Position numbers and translations under genes: made by a program. Below are positions 1 through 12,856 of a stretch of DNA of 64,000 bases, in pieces (the first letter of the stretch is position 1; each line of letters opens with the position of its first letter). Under the pieces are notes generated by a model that was not told the origin of the DNA, made no database searches, and saw only the letters and a program-made list of their open reading frames with translations. The stretch comes from Laetmonice hystrix (lineage: Eukaryota), in the NCBI GenBank assembly GCA_965235115.1, contig OZ249436.1:22198001-22262000 (forward strand). The letters run 5' to 3'.

Positions 1-520
1 ACGTGACCTAGGGCCGAGACTGCTCCCTCTAGTGTGTGTGACGTGACCTATGGCAGAGTCTGTTCCCTCTGTTGTGTGTGACGTGACCTAGGGCCGAGAC
101 TGCTCCCTCTAGTGTGTGTGACGTGACCTAGGGCCGAGACTGCTCCCTCTAGTGTGTGTGACGTGACCTAGGGCCGAGACTGCTCCCTCTAGTGTGTGTG
201 ACGTGACCTATGGCAGAGTCTGCTCCCTCTAGTGTGTGTGACGTGACCTATGGCAGAGTCTGCTCCCTCTGTTGTGTGTGACGTGACCTAGGGCCGAGAC
301 TGCTCCCTCTAGTGTGTGTGACGTGACCTATGGCAGAGTCTGCTCCCCATGTTGTGTGTGACGTGACCTATGGCAGAGTCTGCGCCCCATGTTGTGTGTG
401 ACGTGACCTATGGCAGAGTCTGCTCCCTCTGGTGTGTGTGACGTGACCTATGGCAGAGTCTGCTCCCTCTGTTGTGTGTGTGACGTGACCTATGGCAGAG
501 TCTGCTCCCTCTGTTGTGTG
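1..520. repeat. Minisatellite, 40-bp unit (truncated by window start)
   Basis: Unit acgtgacctagggccgagactgctccctctagtgtgtgtg with variant ...tatggcagagtctg..., about 13 copies. Confidence 0.97.
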
Positions 521-818
521 TATGGTCAAAACGAATTTTGAGGGCTTCATACTTTTAAACTGGCTACAAATGACGATTAAAGGTGACATGTTTGAACACT
601 ATTGCAACACTGAACTGCACTGTCTCACTTGTCGGCCGTCATAGAGCCGGTTTAATTGGTTGACCTAATTACAGCTTCTCAATGGTGGCTTAAACTATGA
701 AATGTTCGACATTGTCGGAATGTGTACTTCCCGACTGGTACTTTTAGACAGCGATTTAAAGGATCTAATGCTAAAGATCAGCATGTATCATCTATCTCCC
801 TGTTTCTCGGTTCTCGTC

Positions 819-860
819 TGAGGATTGCCAATGGATGCCAACGAAGTGTAAAACAGCCAA
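819..860 (+). mobile_element. Degenerate SINE/LINE-type 3' tail fragment
   Basis: tgaggattgccaatggatgccaacgaagtgtaaaacagcc resembles tgaggattgccttggatgctgaggcggcgtaaaagc at about 27132. Confidence 0.35.
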
Positions 861-1013
861 GCGCTCATTTAGCCGCTTTCTAGGTCTTGTATATAGTTAC
901 AAGTAACGTAGAGAGTAAAATTATTAGAACAGCATTGATATAGAGACGCACTTCACAGCACAGGTTTTCGTAAGGAGTATGCCTACATATGGTTAATCGT
1001 TCACCTATTAGCC

Positions 1014-4000
1014 TTTGTTGTAGGAACCAGCAGACCGAGATGGTTTGTTGTAGGAACCAGCAGACCGAGATGGTTTGTCGTAGTCCGAGATGGTTTGTTG
1101 TAGGAACCAGCAGACCGAGATGGTTGGTTGTAGTTAACTAGCAGACCCAGATGGTTGGTTGTAGGAACTAGCAGACCGAGATGGTTTGTTGTAGGAACCA
1201 GCAGACCGAGATGGTTTGTTGTAGGAACTAGCAGACCGAGATGGTTTGTTGTAGGAACCAGCAGACCGAGATGGTTTGTTGTAGGAACCAGCAGCCCGAG
1301 ATGGTGTGTTGTAGGAACCAGCAGACCGAGATGGTTTGTTGTAGGAACCAGCAGACAGAGATGGTTTGTTGTAGGAACCAGCAGACAGAGATGGTTTGTT
1401 GTAGGAACCAGCAGACCGAGATGGTTGGTTGTAGCAACCAGCAGCCCGAGATGGTGTGTTGTAGGAACCAGCAGACCGAGATGGGTTGTTGTAGGAACCA
1501 GCAGACCGAGATGGTTTGTTGTAGGAACCAGCAGACCGAGATGTTGTGTTGTAGGAACCAGCAGACCGAGATGGTTTGTTGTAGGAACCAGCAGACCGAG
1601 ATGGTTTGTTGTAGGAACCAGCAGCCCGAGATGGTGTGTTGTAGGAACCAGCAGCCCGAGATGGTTTGTTGTAGGAACCAGCAGACAGAGATGGTTTGTT
1701 GTAGGAACCAGCAGACAGAGATGGTTTGTTGTAGGAACCAGCAGACAGAGATGGTTTGTTGTAGGAACCAGCAGACCGAGATGGTTGGTTGTAGCAACCA
1801 GCAGCCCGAGATGGTGTGTTGTAGGAACCAGCAGACCGAGATGGGTTGTTGTAGGAACCAGCAGACCGAGATGGTTTGTTATAGGCACCAGCAGACCGAG
1901 GTGGTTTGTTGTAGGAACCAGCAGACCCAGATGGTTGGTTGTAGGAACCAGCAGACCGAGATGGTTTGTCGTAAACCGAGATGGTTTGGTGTAGGAACCA
2001 GCAAACCGAGATGGTTGGTTGTAGGAACCAGCAGACCGAGTTGATTTGTCGTAAACCGAGATGGTGTGTTGTAGGAACCAGCAGACCGAGATGGTTTGTT
2101 GTAGGAACCAGCAGACCGGGGTGGTTTGTTGTAGGAACCAGCAGACCGAGATGGTTGGTTGTAGGAACCAGCAGACCGAGATGGTTGGTTGTAGGAACCA
2201 GCAGACCGAGATGGTTGGTTGTAGGAACCAGCAGACCGAGATGTTGTGTTGTAGGAACCAGCAGACCGAGATGGTTGGTTGTAGGAACCAGCAGACCGAG
2301 ATGTTGTGTTGTAGGAACCAGTAGACCGAGATGGTTTGTTGTAGGAACCAGCAGACCCAGATGGCTGGTTGTAGAAACCAGCAGACTGAAATGGTTGGTT
2401 GTAGGAACCAGCAGACCGAGATGGTTGGTTGTAGGAACCAGCAGACCGAGATGGTTGGTTGTAGGAACCAGCAGACCGAGATGTTGTGTTGTAGGAACCA
2501 GCAGACCGAGATGGTCTGTTGTAGGAACCAGCAGCCCGCGATGGTTGGTTGTAGAAACCAGCAGACCGAGATGGTTTGTTGTAGGAACCAGCAGACCCAG
2601 ATGGTTTGTTGTAGGAACCAGCAGACCCAGATGGCTGGTTGTAGAAACCAGCAGACTGAAATGGTTGGTTGTAGGAACCAGCAGACCGAGATGGTTTGTT
2701 GTAGAAACCAGCAGACCGAGATGGTTTGTTGTAGGAACCAGCAGACCTAGATGGTTTGTCGTAAACCGAGATGGTTTGTTGTAGGAACCAGCAAACAGGG
2801 ATGGTTTGTTGTAGGAACCAGCAGACCGAGATAGTTGGTTGTAAGAACCAGCAGACCGAGATGGTTGGTTGTAGAAACCAGCAGACTGATTGTTGTAGGA
2901 ACCAGCAGACCGAGACGGTTGGTTGTAGGAACCAGCAGACCGAGTCGGTTGGTTGTAGGAACCAGCAGACCGAGATGGTTGGTTGTAGGAACCAGCAGAC
3001 CGATTCGGTTGGTTGTAGGAACCAGCAGACCGAGATGGTTGGTTGTAGGAACCAGTAGACCGAGACGGTTGGTTGTAGGAACCAGCAGACCGAGATGGTT
3101 TGTTGTAGGAACCAGCAGACCGAGATGGTTGGTTGTAGGAACCAGCAGACCGAGATGGTTGGTTGTAGGAACCAGCAGACCGAGATGGTTTGTTGTAGGA
3201 ACCAGCAGACCGCGATGGTTGGTTGTAGAAACCAGCAGACCTAGATGGTTTGTTGTAGGAACCAGCAGACCAAGACGGTTGGTTGTAGGAACCAGCAGAC
3301 CGAGATGGTTGGTTGTAGGAACCAGCAGACCGAGATGGTTGGTTGTAGGAACCAGCAGACCGAGATGGTGTGTTGTAGCAACCAGCAGCCCGAGATGGTG
3401 TGTTGTAGGAACCAGCAGACCGAGATGGTTTGTTGTAGGAACCAGCAGACCGAGATGGTTTGTTATAGGCACCAGCAGACCGAGGTGGTTTGTTGTAGGA
3501 ACCAGCAGACCCAGATGGTTGGTTGTAGGAACCAGCAGACCGAGATGGTTTGTCGTAAACCGAGATGGTTTGTTGTAGGAACCAGCAAACCGAGATGGTT
3601 GGTTGTAGGAACCAGCAGACCGAGATGATTTGTCGTAAACCGAGATGGTGTGTTGTAGGAACCAGCAGACCGAGATGGTTTGTTGTAGGAACCAGCAGAC
3701 CGGGGTGGTTTGTTGTAGGAACCAGCAGACCGAGATGGTTGGTTGTAGGAACCAGCAGACCGAGATGGTTGGTTGTAGGAACCAGCAGACCGAGATGGTT
3801 GGTTGTAAGAACCAGCAGACCGAGATGGTTGGTTGTAGGAACCAGCAGACCGAGATGTTGTGTTGTAGGAACCAGCAGACCGAGATGGTTGGTTGTAGGA
3901 ACCAGCAGACCGAGATGTTGTGTTGTAGGAACCAGTAGACCGAGATGGTTTGTTGTAGGAACCAGCAGACCCAGATGGCTGGTTGTAGAAACCAGCAGAC

Positions 4001-5175
4001 TGAAATGGTTGGTTGTAGGAACCAGCAGACCGAGATGGTTGGTTGTAGGAACCAGCAGACCGAGATGGTTTGTTGTAGGAACCAGCAGACCGAGATGGTT
4101 TGTTGTAGGAACCAGCAGACCTAGATGGTTTGTCGTAAACCGAGATGGTTTGTTGTAGGAACCAGCAAACAGGGATGGTGTTGTAGGAACCAGCAAACCG
4201 AGATGGTTTGTTGTAGGAACCAGCAGACCGAGATAGTTGGTTGTAAGAACCAGCAGACCGAGATGGTTGGTTGTAGAAACCAGCAGACTGATTGTTGTAG
4301 GAACCAGCAGACCGAGACGGTTAGTTGTAGGAACCAGCAGACCGAGTCGGTTGGTTGTAGGAACCAGCAGACCGAGATGGTTGGTTGTAGGAACCAGCAG
4401 ACCGAGTCGGTTGGTTGTAGGAACCAGCAGACCGAGATGGTTTGTTGTAGGAACCAGCAGACCGAGATGGTTGGTTGTAGGAACCAGCAGACCGAGATGG
4501 TTGGTTGTAGGAACCAGCAGACCGAGATGGTTTGTTGTAGGAACCAGCAGACCCAGATGGTTGGTTGTAGGAACCAGCAGACCGAGATGGTTTGTTGTAG
4601 GAACCAGCAGACCGCGATGGTTGGTTGTAGAAACCAGCAGACCGAGACGGTTGGTTGTAGGAACCAGCAGACCGAGATGGTTGGTTGTAGGAACCAGCAG
4701 ACCGAGATGGTTGGTTGTAGGAACCAGCAGACCGAGATGTTGTGTTGTAGGAACCAGCAGACCGAGAAGGTTTGTTGTAGGAACCAGCAGACCGAGATGG
4801 TTTGTTGTAGAAACCAGCAGACCGAGACGGTTGGTTGTAGGAACCAGCAGACCGAGATGGTTGGTTGTAGAAACCAGCAGACCGAGATGGTTGGTTGTAG
4901 GAACCAGCAGACCGAGATGGTCGGTTGTAGGAACCAGCAGACCGAGATGGTTGGTTGTGGGAACCAGCAGACCGAGATGGTTTGTTGTAGGAACCAGCAG
5001 ACAGAGATGGTTGGTTGTAGGAACCAGCAGACCGAGATGGTTGATTGTAGGAACTAGTAGACCGAGATGGTTGGTTGTAGGAACCAGCAGACCTAGATGG
5101 TTGGTTGTAGGAACCAGCAGACTGAGATGGTGTGTTGTAGGAACCAGCAGACCGAGATGGTTTGTTGTAGGAACC
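1014..5175. repeat. Large minisatellite, 30-bp unit, about 140 copies, with higher-order duplications
   Basis: Unit gttgtaggaaccagcagaccgagatggttt; accounts for all overlapping 10-aa-period ORFs on both strands. Confidence 0.98.
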
Positions 5176-5756
5176 GAGTGGGTCGCACAACTGATCAACT
5201 ACATCTAAATGCGCGTCGATGTTCACTTTTCATGTGGTATTAGGCTATCAGAGATATTTATCCGAACTTCCAAATCCGGAATCGAGAGAGCTGACACTTA
5301 AACTCACCGCCATTTTAGTTGTCCTCGCGCGCATGAGCAGTCGAGCCCAAGGAGGGAGCACACATATTAAAATCTCGACTAGACAAGATGCACTCTCCAC
5401 TCTTTTTACTCCCTTGAATTCGCCGTCTTTCTAATCCGCGCGAATGCTTTATGACCTTCAATTCTAAGAAACACCTCAGATACAGGCCTTCGTTTGCCTC
5501 AATCATGGCAATCTATTCCTATCTAAGTCACGGTGCCTGAAACAGTACCTGCTCCCGTCGTGACCTTTGACCCCAGTCGTGGTTTAGCAATGGGACGCCA
5601 TGACAAAGTTCAACACGACTGCCCGTTTAAAGACGAACATTGTGTGAATCTCACTTAAAGAGACATGAGATCAATTAATTGGCTCAATAGCTTCCAGTGA
5701 TAGTCACATAATCACATAATGTTGACCAGTTTAATGACATATTTTCCTCAGGAGAA

Positions 5757-6020
5757 GGGGGCCTCGGGTGGCCGAGTGGTCTAAGGTGTCGGCTCCATCA
5801 TGATACCTAGGACCATCGCCTCACACCGCTGCGACCCGGGTTCGATTCCCGGCCTGGGCTGCATGTGTGAAAGGTTTGTCAGTCAGTTCCTTCCCGAAGG
5901 TCGGTGGTTTCCTCCGGGTACTCCGGTTTCCTCCACCAAGAAAAACTGACTTTCATCTCATCTTCACCGCCGTGATATGACCCTGGCTGTTGCAAGGCGT
6001 AAAACCCCAAATACCCACCC
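5757..6020 (+). mobile_element. Full-length tRNA-derived SINE with V-domain-like core
   Basis: A-box tggccgagtgg; B-box ggttcgattcc; core ggtttcctccgggtactccggtttcctcc; tail gatatgaccctggctgttgcaaggcgtaaaacccc; 12-bp TSD tcctcaggagaa at 5745-5756 and 6021-6032. Confidence 0.92.
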
Positions 6021-7600
6021 TCCTCAGGAGAAAGTTTTGGTTTGGCTACCCTACTCCCTGCATTACGCACAGAAATGTTTCCCTCAGCCCGGGTTTCGTT
6101 GTAATGGTTGCCTTTCAGAACTGTGTAATCCATACTGCCATCCTAATGTTGAGGGGAGGGCGAACACTTCGAGCCTAACTGTAATTAGAATATAGATTGT
6201 CCATCGAAGAATTAGAGGTTCTGTCTGCGAACGCGAATCACTGCCAACTAGTAACCATAGCAGCTAATTTCTCAGAATGTTTCGTGCTAATTTAGAGGAG
6301 CCTGTCTGCAATTATTGGAAAATGATATCCTTATTTGTTGTCAACAACATTTCACGTTGGACTAATTGGCCCTCAATATGCGCGCTGCCTGGTGGATATT
6401 TAATGCGCAGGTCGGAAGTTCTCAGTAGGACGTCCGCGTGGAACCTTGAATGTTGGCACCTCAGGCCGACTGGGAAGAATGCGCGATTGGCAAACAAAAG
6501 ACAAGGCTGACGTATGTTTTTATGGACGTCGCATGCACGTGCCCACGGACGTGTGACGCACGTGCAGCGGTGGGGCTCCGACTGCAGGAAGCCCCGCCCC
6601 AGCGTGTTTGTCGCGTGTCGGGTTGTACGCACGTGCACTGATGTTCTACGCCATGTATGCGCGTGTTTTGGATGATCACCAATGCGTGTCGTTTTGTTCG
6701 CTCGGCACGTGGCTCTCAGTTGTCCTGTCCGCTATGGTCGACCCGGACGATGCCTTTCACGTGTCACACACCGGCCACGTCCTAATTCTACAATTGACCT
6801 ATAAACCATAGAATGATAGAATCTGCGGTCTATGGAACCTAGAAACAGTCATATAATATTCATCTATTGATGGATGACGAATTTGTCGTGTAATTACATT
6901 CTAAAGCTTCCATTATTCCTCTCCCTACACCCGTAAAAACGTCACAAAACATCATTATTCATTTTATATTGCAGTCAACACTACCAAACCGCAAATCCCA
7001 ATAGCAGCTATAGAATAACCTCGTATTCCCAGCGAATCATCCAAGATCTATAGTACATATTTTGCTGTCGAGTCTGATAAAAAGCAAGTTTTGTTATTGA
7101 GAAGATTGTCGACATGACTGGTCTGGTGGTAGTGGGTGCCAGTGTAATTACACGACTGAGATCACCCACCGTTCTCCACACCAACCCGTCCTCATCACTC
7201 GGGGTGATCATCTCCTACACGCAGTCAGTCGACTTGCGGCTAACTTGTTAATTTCCTACATCGCCCCCTGCGATCCGCTGGGACCTGCACAAGGGTAAAA
7301 TCTAATTACCCTCGTCCTGGGGAGGGGGTACGGTAACCCGGCCTAACACCCCCGGGGACTGTTACACGCAGGCGGCTGGGTTGGAGTGAAAGTTCGAGGA
7401 GATTTCCTAGTGTTACGATTAAACCAATGACCCGTGACGATCTGTAATCGCCATAAACAATTAATCCGTCACTTGCTGGGAGGATCCATTTTTTTCACAC
7501 GGTCAAGTCTAATGGAGCGGCCGAGTTAATCCAGACTTGGGAGGTCTGTAATATTGAGTGATTCTCCACCGCTGCCCTCTCACAATGCTAGCCATGAAAG

Positions 7601-9996
7601 GTCACCGAGGTTTATAACAGGCACAGACAGAGATCTACACGGCAGGTTTAGGCCCTTCTGTCACCGAGGTTTATAACAGGCACAGATAGAGATCCACACG
7701 GTTTAGGCCCTTCTGTCACCGAGGTTTATAACTGGCACAGATAGAGATCTACACGGCAGGTTTAGGCCCTTCTGTTACCGAGGTTTATAACTGGCACAGA
7801 CAGAGATCTACACGGCAGGTTTAGGACCTTCTGTCACCGAGGTTTATAACTGGCACAGACAGAGATCTACAAGGTTTAGGCCCTTCTGTCACCGAGGTTT
7901 ATAACTGGTACAGACAGAGATCTACACGGCAGGTTTAGGCCCTTCTGTCACCGAGGTTTATAACTGGCACAGACAGAGATCTACAAGGTTTAGGCCCTTC
8001 TGTCACCGAGGTTTATAACAGGCACAGACAGAGACCTACACGGCAGGTTTAGGCCCTTCTGTCACCGAGGTTTATAACTGGCACAGACAGAGATCTACAA
8101 GGTTTAGGCCCTTCTGTCACCGAGGTTTATAACTGGTACAGACAGAGATCTACACGGCAGGTTTAGGCCCTTCTGTCACCGAGGTTTATAACAGGCACAG
8201 ACAGAGATCTACACGGCAGGTTTAGGCCCTTCTGTCACCGAGGTTTATAACAGGCACAGACAGAGATCTACAAGGTTTAGGCCCTTCTGTCACCGAGGTT
8301 TATAACTGGCACAGACAGAGATCTACACGGCAGGTTTAGGCCCTTCTGTCACCGAGGTTTATAACTGGCACAGACAGAGATCTACACGGCAGGTTTAGGA
8401 CCTTCTGTCACCGAGGTTTATAACTGGCACAGATAGAGATCTACAAGGTTTAGGCCCTTCTGTCGCCGAGGTTTATAACTGGTACAGACAGAGATCTACA
8501 CGGCAGGTTTAGGCCCTTCTGTTACCGAGGTTTATAACTCGCACAGACAGAGATCTACACGGCAGGTTTAGGCCCTTCTGTCACCGAGGTTTATAACAGG
8601 CATAGACAGAGATCTACGCGGCAGGTTTAGGCCCTTCTGTCACCGAGGTTTATAACAGGCATAGACAGAGATCTACACGGCAGGTTTAGGCCCTTCTGTT
8701 ACCGAGGTTTATAACTGGCACAGACAGAGATCTACAAGGTTTAGGCCCTTCTGTCACCGAGGTTTATAACAGGCACAGACAGAGATCTACACGGCAGGTT
8801 TAGGCCCTTCTGTCACCGAGGTTTATAACAGGCACAGACAGAGATCTACACGGCAGGTTTAGGCCCTTCTGTCACCGAGGTTTATAACTGGTACAGACAG
8901 AGATCTACACGGCAGGTTTAGGCCCTTCTGTCACCGAGGTTTATAACAGGCACAGATAGAGATCTACGCGGCAGGTTTAGGCCCTTCTGTCACCGAGGTT
9001 TATAACAGGCATAGACAGAGATCTACACGGCAGGTTTAGGACCTTCTGTCACCGAGGTTTATAACTGGCACAGACAGAGATCTACCCGGCAGGTTTAGGC
9101 CCTTCTGGTTTATAACAGGCACAGACAGAGACCTACACGGCAGGTTTAGGCCCTTCTGTCACCGAGGTTTATAACAGTTACTGGCACAGACAGAGATCTA
9201 CGCGGCAGGTTTAGGCCCTTCTGTCACCGAGGTTTATAACAGGCACAGACAGAGACCTACACGGCAGGTTTAGGCCCTTCTGTCACCGAGGTTTATAACA
9301 GTTACTGGCACAGACAGAGATCTTCACGGCAGGTTTAGGCCCTTCTGTCACCGAGGTTTATAACTGGTACAGACAGAGATCTACAAGGTTTAGGCCCTTC
9401 TGTCACCGAGGTTTATAACAGGCACAGACAGAGATCTACACGGCAGGTTTAGGACCTTCTGTCACCGAGGTTTATAACTGGCACAGACAGAGATCTACCC
9501 GGCAGGTTTAGGCCCTTCTGTCACCGAGGTTTATAACAGGCACAGACAGAGACCTACACGGCAGGTTTAGGCCCTTCTGTCACTGAGGTTTATAACAGTT
9601 ACTGGCACAGACAGAGATCTACGCGGCAGGTTTAGGCCCTTCTGTCACCGAGGTTTATAACAGGCACAGACAGAGACCTACACGGCAGGTTTAGGCCCTT
9701 CTGTCACCGAGGTTTATAACTGGTACAGACAGAGATCTACAAGGTTTAGGCCCTTCTGTCACCGAGGTTTATAACTGGTACAGACAGAGATCTACACGGC
9801 AGGTTTAGGCCCTTCTGTCACCGAGGTTTATAACTGGTACAGACAGAGATCTACACGGCAGGTTTAGGCCCTTCTGTCACCGAGGTTTATAACTGGCACA
9901 GACAGAGATCTACGCGGCAGGTTTAGGACCTTCTGTCACCGAGGTTTATAACTGGCACAGACAGAGATCTACGCGGCAGGTTTAGGCCCTTCTGTC
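7601..9996. repeat. Minisatellite, 59-bp unit with a 53-bp deletion variant
   Basis: Unit tcaccgaggtttataacaggcacagacagagatctacacggcaggtttaggcccttctg, about 41 copies. Confidence 0.97.
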
Positions 9997-10196
9997 CGAT
10001 CAACTGAAAACCATCCTCAGACTATAAGGTGACTTGACTAATTATAAAACAGGATTGTATAATATTGGGTAATGTAGGAGGGTCATTAACTGTGATACAT
10101 TACACAATAGACATATTATGTACAAGTTTATAATGTCAGGACGGACTGGACTGGTTCCCTTATACCCTCATAAACAGACAATGTGGCCCGTCCTGA

Positions 10197-10655
10197 AGAC
10201 AGGTTTGTCTGTAGATTGATGTATCCTTACCTGGGGGGGGGGGGGTCGGGCTGGGGGGCTGGAGACAGGGTTGTCTGTAGATTGACGTATCCTTACCTGG
10301 GGGGGGGGGGTCGGGCTGGGGGGGCTGGAGACAGGGTTGTCTGTAGATTGATGTATCCTTACCTGGGGGTTGAGGTCGGGCTGGGGGGCTGGAGACAGGG
10401 TTGTCTGTAGATTGACGTAGCCTTACCTGGGGGGGGGGGGGAGGTCGGGCTGGGGGGGCTGGAGACAGGGCTGTCTGTAGATTGATGTATCCTTACCTGG
10501 GGGGGGGGGGTCGGGCTGGGGGGCTGGAGACAGGTTTGTCTGTAGATTGATGTATCCTTACCTAGAGCAGGGGGGGAGGTCGGGCTGGGGGGGCTGGAGA
10601 CAGGGTTGTCTGTAGATTGACGTAGCCTTACCTGGGGGGTCGGGCTGGGGGGGGG
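10197..10655. repeat. G-rich minisatellite, about 64-70-bp unit
   Basis: gacagggttgtctgtagattgatgtatccttacct(g)n tcgggct(g)n ctgga, about 7 copies with variable G runs. Confidence 0.93.
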
Positions 10656-10836
10656 GGCTAGCACGACCAGCACGACCACCAGCCGCATACCTCACAGAGC
10701 CCGTAGGTCGAGCGACAACTACTATCACTTAGATCATGAAATTAATTGGTTACACGCTCTCTTCAACTAGATTTACGATCTCAAAGATTACTGCTTCATC
10801 TCCGACGTGATCGTCCGTGCACTGCACGTCCACCCA

Positions 10837-11505
10837 GGCGTGCACGTGAGATGAGGTGGGTGATAGGGTCGGCGTGCACGTGAGATGAGGTGGGTGATAG
10901 GGTCGGCGTGCACGTGAGATGAGGTGGGTGATAGGGTCGGCGTGCACGTGAGATGAGGTGGGTGATAGGGTCGGCGTGCACGTGAGATGAGGTGGGTGAT
11001 AGGGTCGGCGTGCACGTGAGATGAGGTGGGTGATAGGGTCGGCGTGCACGTGAGATGAGGTGGGTGATAGGGTCGGCGTGCACGTGAGATGAGGTGGGTG
11101 ATAGGGTCGGCGTGCACGTGAGATGAGGTGGGTGATAGGGTCGGCGTGCACGTGAGATGAGGTGGGTGATAGGGTCGGCGTGCACGTGAGATGAGGTGGG
11201 TGATAGGGTCGGCGTGCACGTGAGATGAGGTGGGTGATAGGGTCGGCGTGCACGTGAGATGAGGTGGGTGATAGGGTCGGCGTGCACGTGAGATGAGGTG
11301 GGTGATAGGGTCGGCGTGCACGTGAGATGAGGTGGGTGATAGGGTCGGCGTGCACGTGAGATGAGGTGGGTGATAGGGTCGGCGTGCACGTGAGATGAGG
11401 TGGGTGATAGGGTCGGCGTGCACGTGAGATGAGGTGGGTGATAGGGTCGGCGTGCACGTGAGATGAGGTGGGTGATAGGGTCGGCGTGCACGTGAGATGA
11501 GGTGG
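10837..11505. repeat. Homogeneous minisatellite, 34-bp unit
   Basis: ggcgtgcacgtgagatgaggtgggtgatagggtc, about 19.5 apparently identical copies. Confidence 0.98.
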
Positions 11506-12185
11506 GGTGGGGGTCGGACAGGAGACGTGTACCTAAGTTGAGGTGGGGTGAGGGGGTCGGACAGGAGGCGTGTACCTGAGTTGAGGTGAGGTGAGAGGGT
11601 TGGACAGGAGGCGTGTACCTAAGTTGAGGTGGGGTGAGGGGGTCGGACAGGAGGCGTGTACCTAAGTTGAGGTGGGGTGAGGGGTCGGACAGTAGGCGTG
11701 TACCTAAGTTGAGGTAGGGTGAGGGGGTTGGACAGAAGGCGTGTACCTAAGTTGAGGTGGGGAGGGGGTCGGACAGGAGGCGTGTACCTAAGTTGAGGTG
11801 GGGTGAGTGGGTCGGACAGGAGGCGTGTACCTAAGTTGAGGTGGGGTGAGGGGCTCGGACAGGAGACGGTACCTAAGTTGAGGTGGGGAGGGGGTCGGAC
11901 AGGAGGCGTGTACCTAAGTTGAGGTGGGGTGAGGGGGTCGGACAGGAGGCGTGTACCTAAGTTGAGGTGGGGTGAGGGGGTCGGACAGGAGGCGTGTACC
12001 TAAGTTGAGGTGGGGTGAGTGGGTCGGACAGGAGGCGTGTACCTAAGTTGAGGTGGGGTGAGGGGGTCGGACAGCAGGCGTGTACCTAAGTTGAGGTGGG
12101 GTGAGGGGGTCGGACAGGAGGCGTGTACCTGAGTTGAGGTGAGGTGAGAGGGTTGGACAGGAGGCGTGTACCTAAGTTGAGGTGG
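11506..12185. repeat. Minisatellite, about 44-bp unit
   Basis: gtcggacaggaggcgtgtacctaagttgaggtggggtgaggggg, about 15 copies. Confidence 0.96.
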
Positions 12186-12277
12186 AGTAAAAGACATAGG
12201 TCTATCCTTTATTAAGTTAAATGTGTTTTATATTGTAACTGAGTGTAATACTATAGTGTTAAAAAAAATATTATAGA

Positions 12278-12856
12278 CAGACAGAGCCAGTCGTGGCGCA
12301 GAATGAGCGAGTCGTGGTGCAGACAGAGCCAGTCGTGGTGCAGACAGAGCCAGTCCTGGTGCAGACAGAGCGAGTCGTGGTGCAGACAGAGTGAGTCGTG
12401 GTGTAGACAGGTCGAGTCGTGGTGCAGACAGGTCGAATCGTGGTGCAGACAGCGTGAGTCGTGGTGCAGACAGAGCGAGTCGTGGTGCAGACAGAGCGAG
12501 TCGTGGTGCAGACAGAGCGAGTCGTGGTGCAGACAGAGCGAGTCGTGGTGCAGACAGCGTGAGTCGTGGTGCAGACAGAGCGAGTCGTGGTGCAGACAGG
12601 TCGAATCGTGGTGCAGACAGAGCGAGTCGTGGTGCAGACAGAGCGAGTCGTGGTGCAGACAGACCGAGTCGTGGTGCAGACAGAGCGAGTCGTGGTGCAG
12701 ACAGAGCGAGTCGTGGTGCAGACAGGTCGAGTCGTGATGCAGACAGGTCGAGTCGTGGTGCAGACAGAGCGAGTCGTGGTGCAGACAGAGCGAGTCGTGG
12801 TGCAGACAGAGCGAGTCGTGGTGCAGACAGGTCGAGTCGTGGTGCAGACAGGTCGA
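12278..12856. repeat. Minisatellite, 21-bp unit
   Basis: cagacagagcgagtcgtggtg, about 27 copies; source of the LSAPRLA and GADRASR ORFs. Confidence 0.97.

Noticed and set aside
1001..5226. 1354-aa ORF and overlapping long ORFs
   Set aside because: They arise from a stop-poor 30-bp repeat that is open in many frames on both strands; frame-shifting units are tolerated and there are no unique domains.
5757..5860. Functional tRNA gene
   Set aside because: A-B spacing is extended, there is no acceptor-stem closure, and a SINE body and TSD follow.
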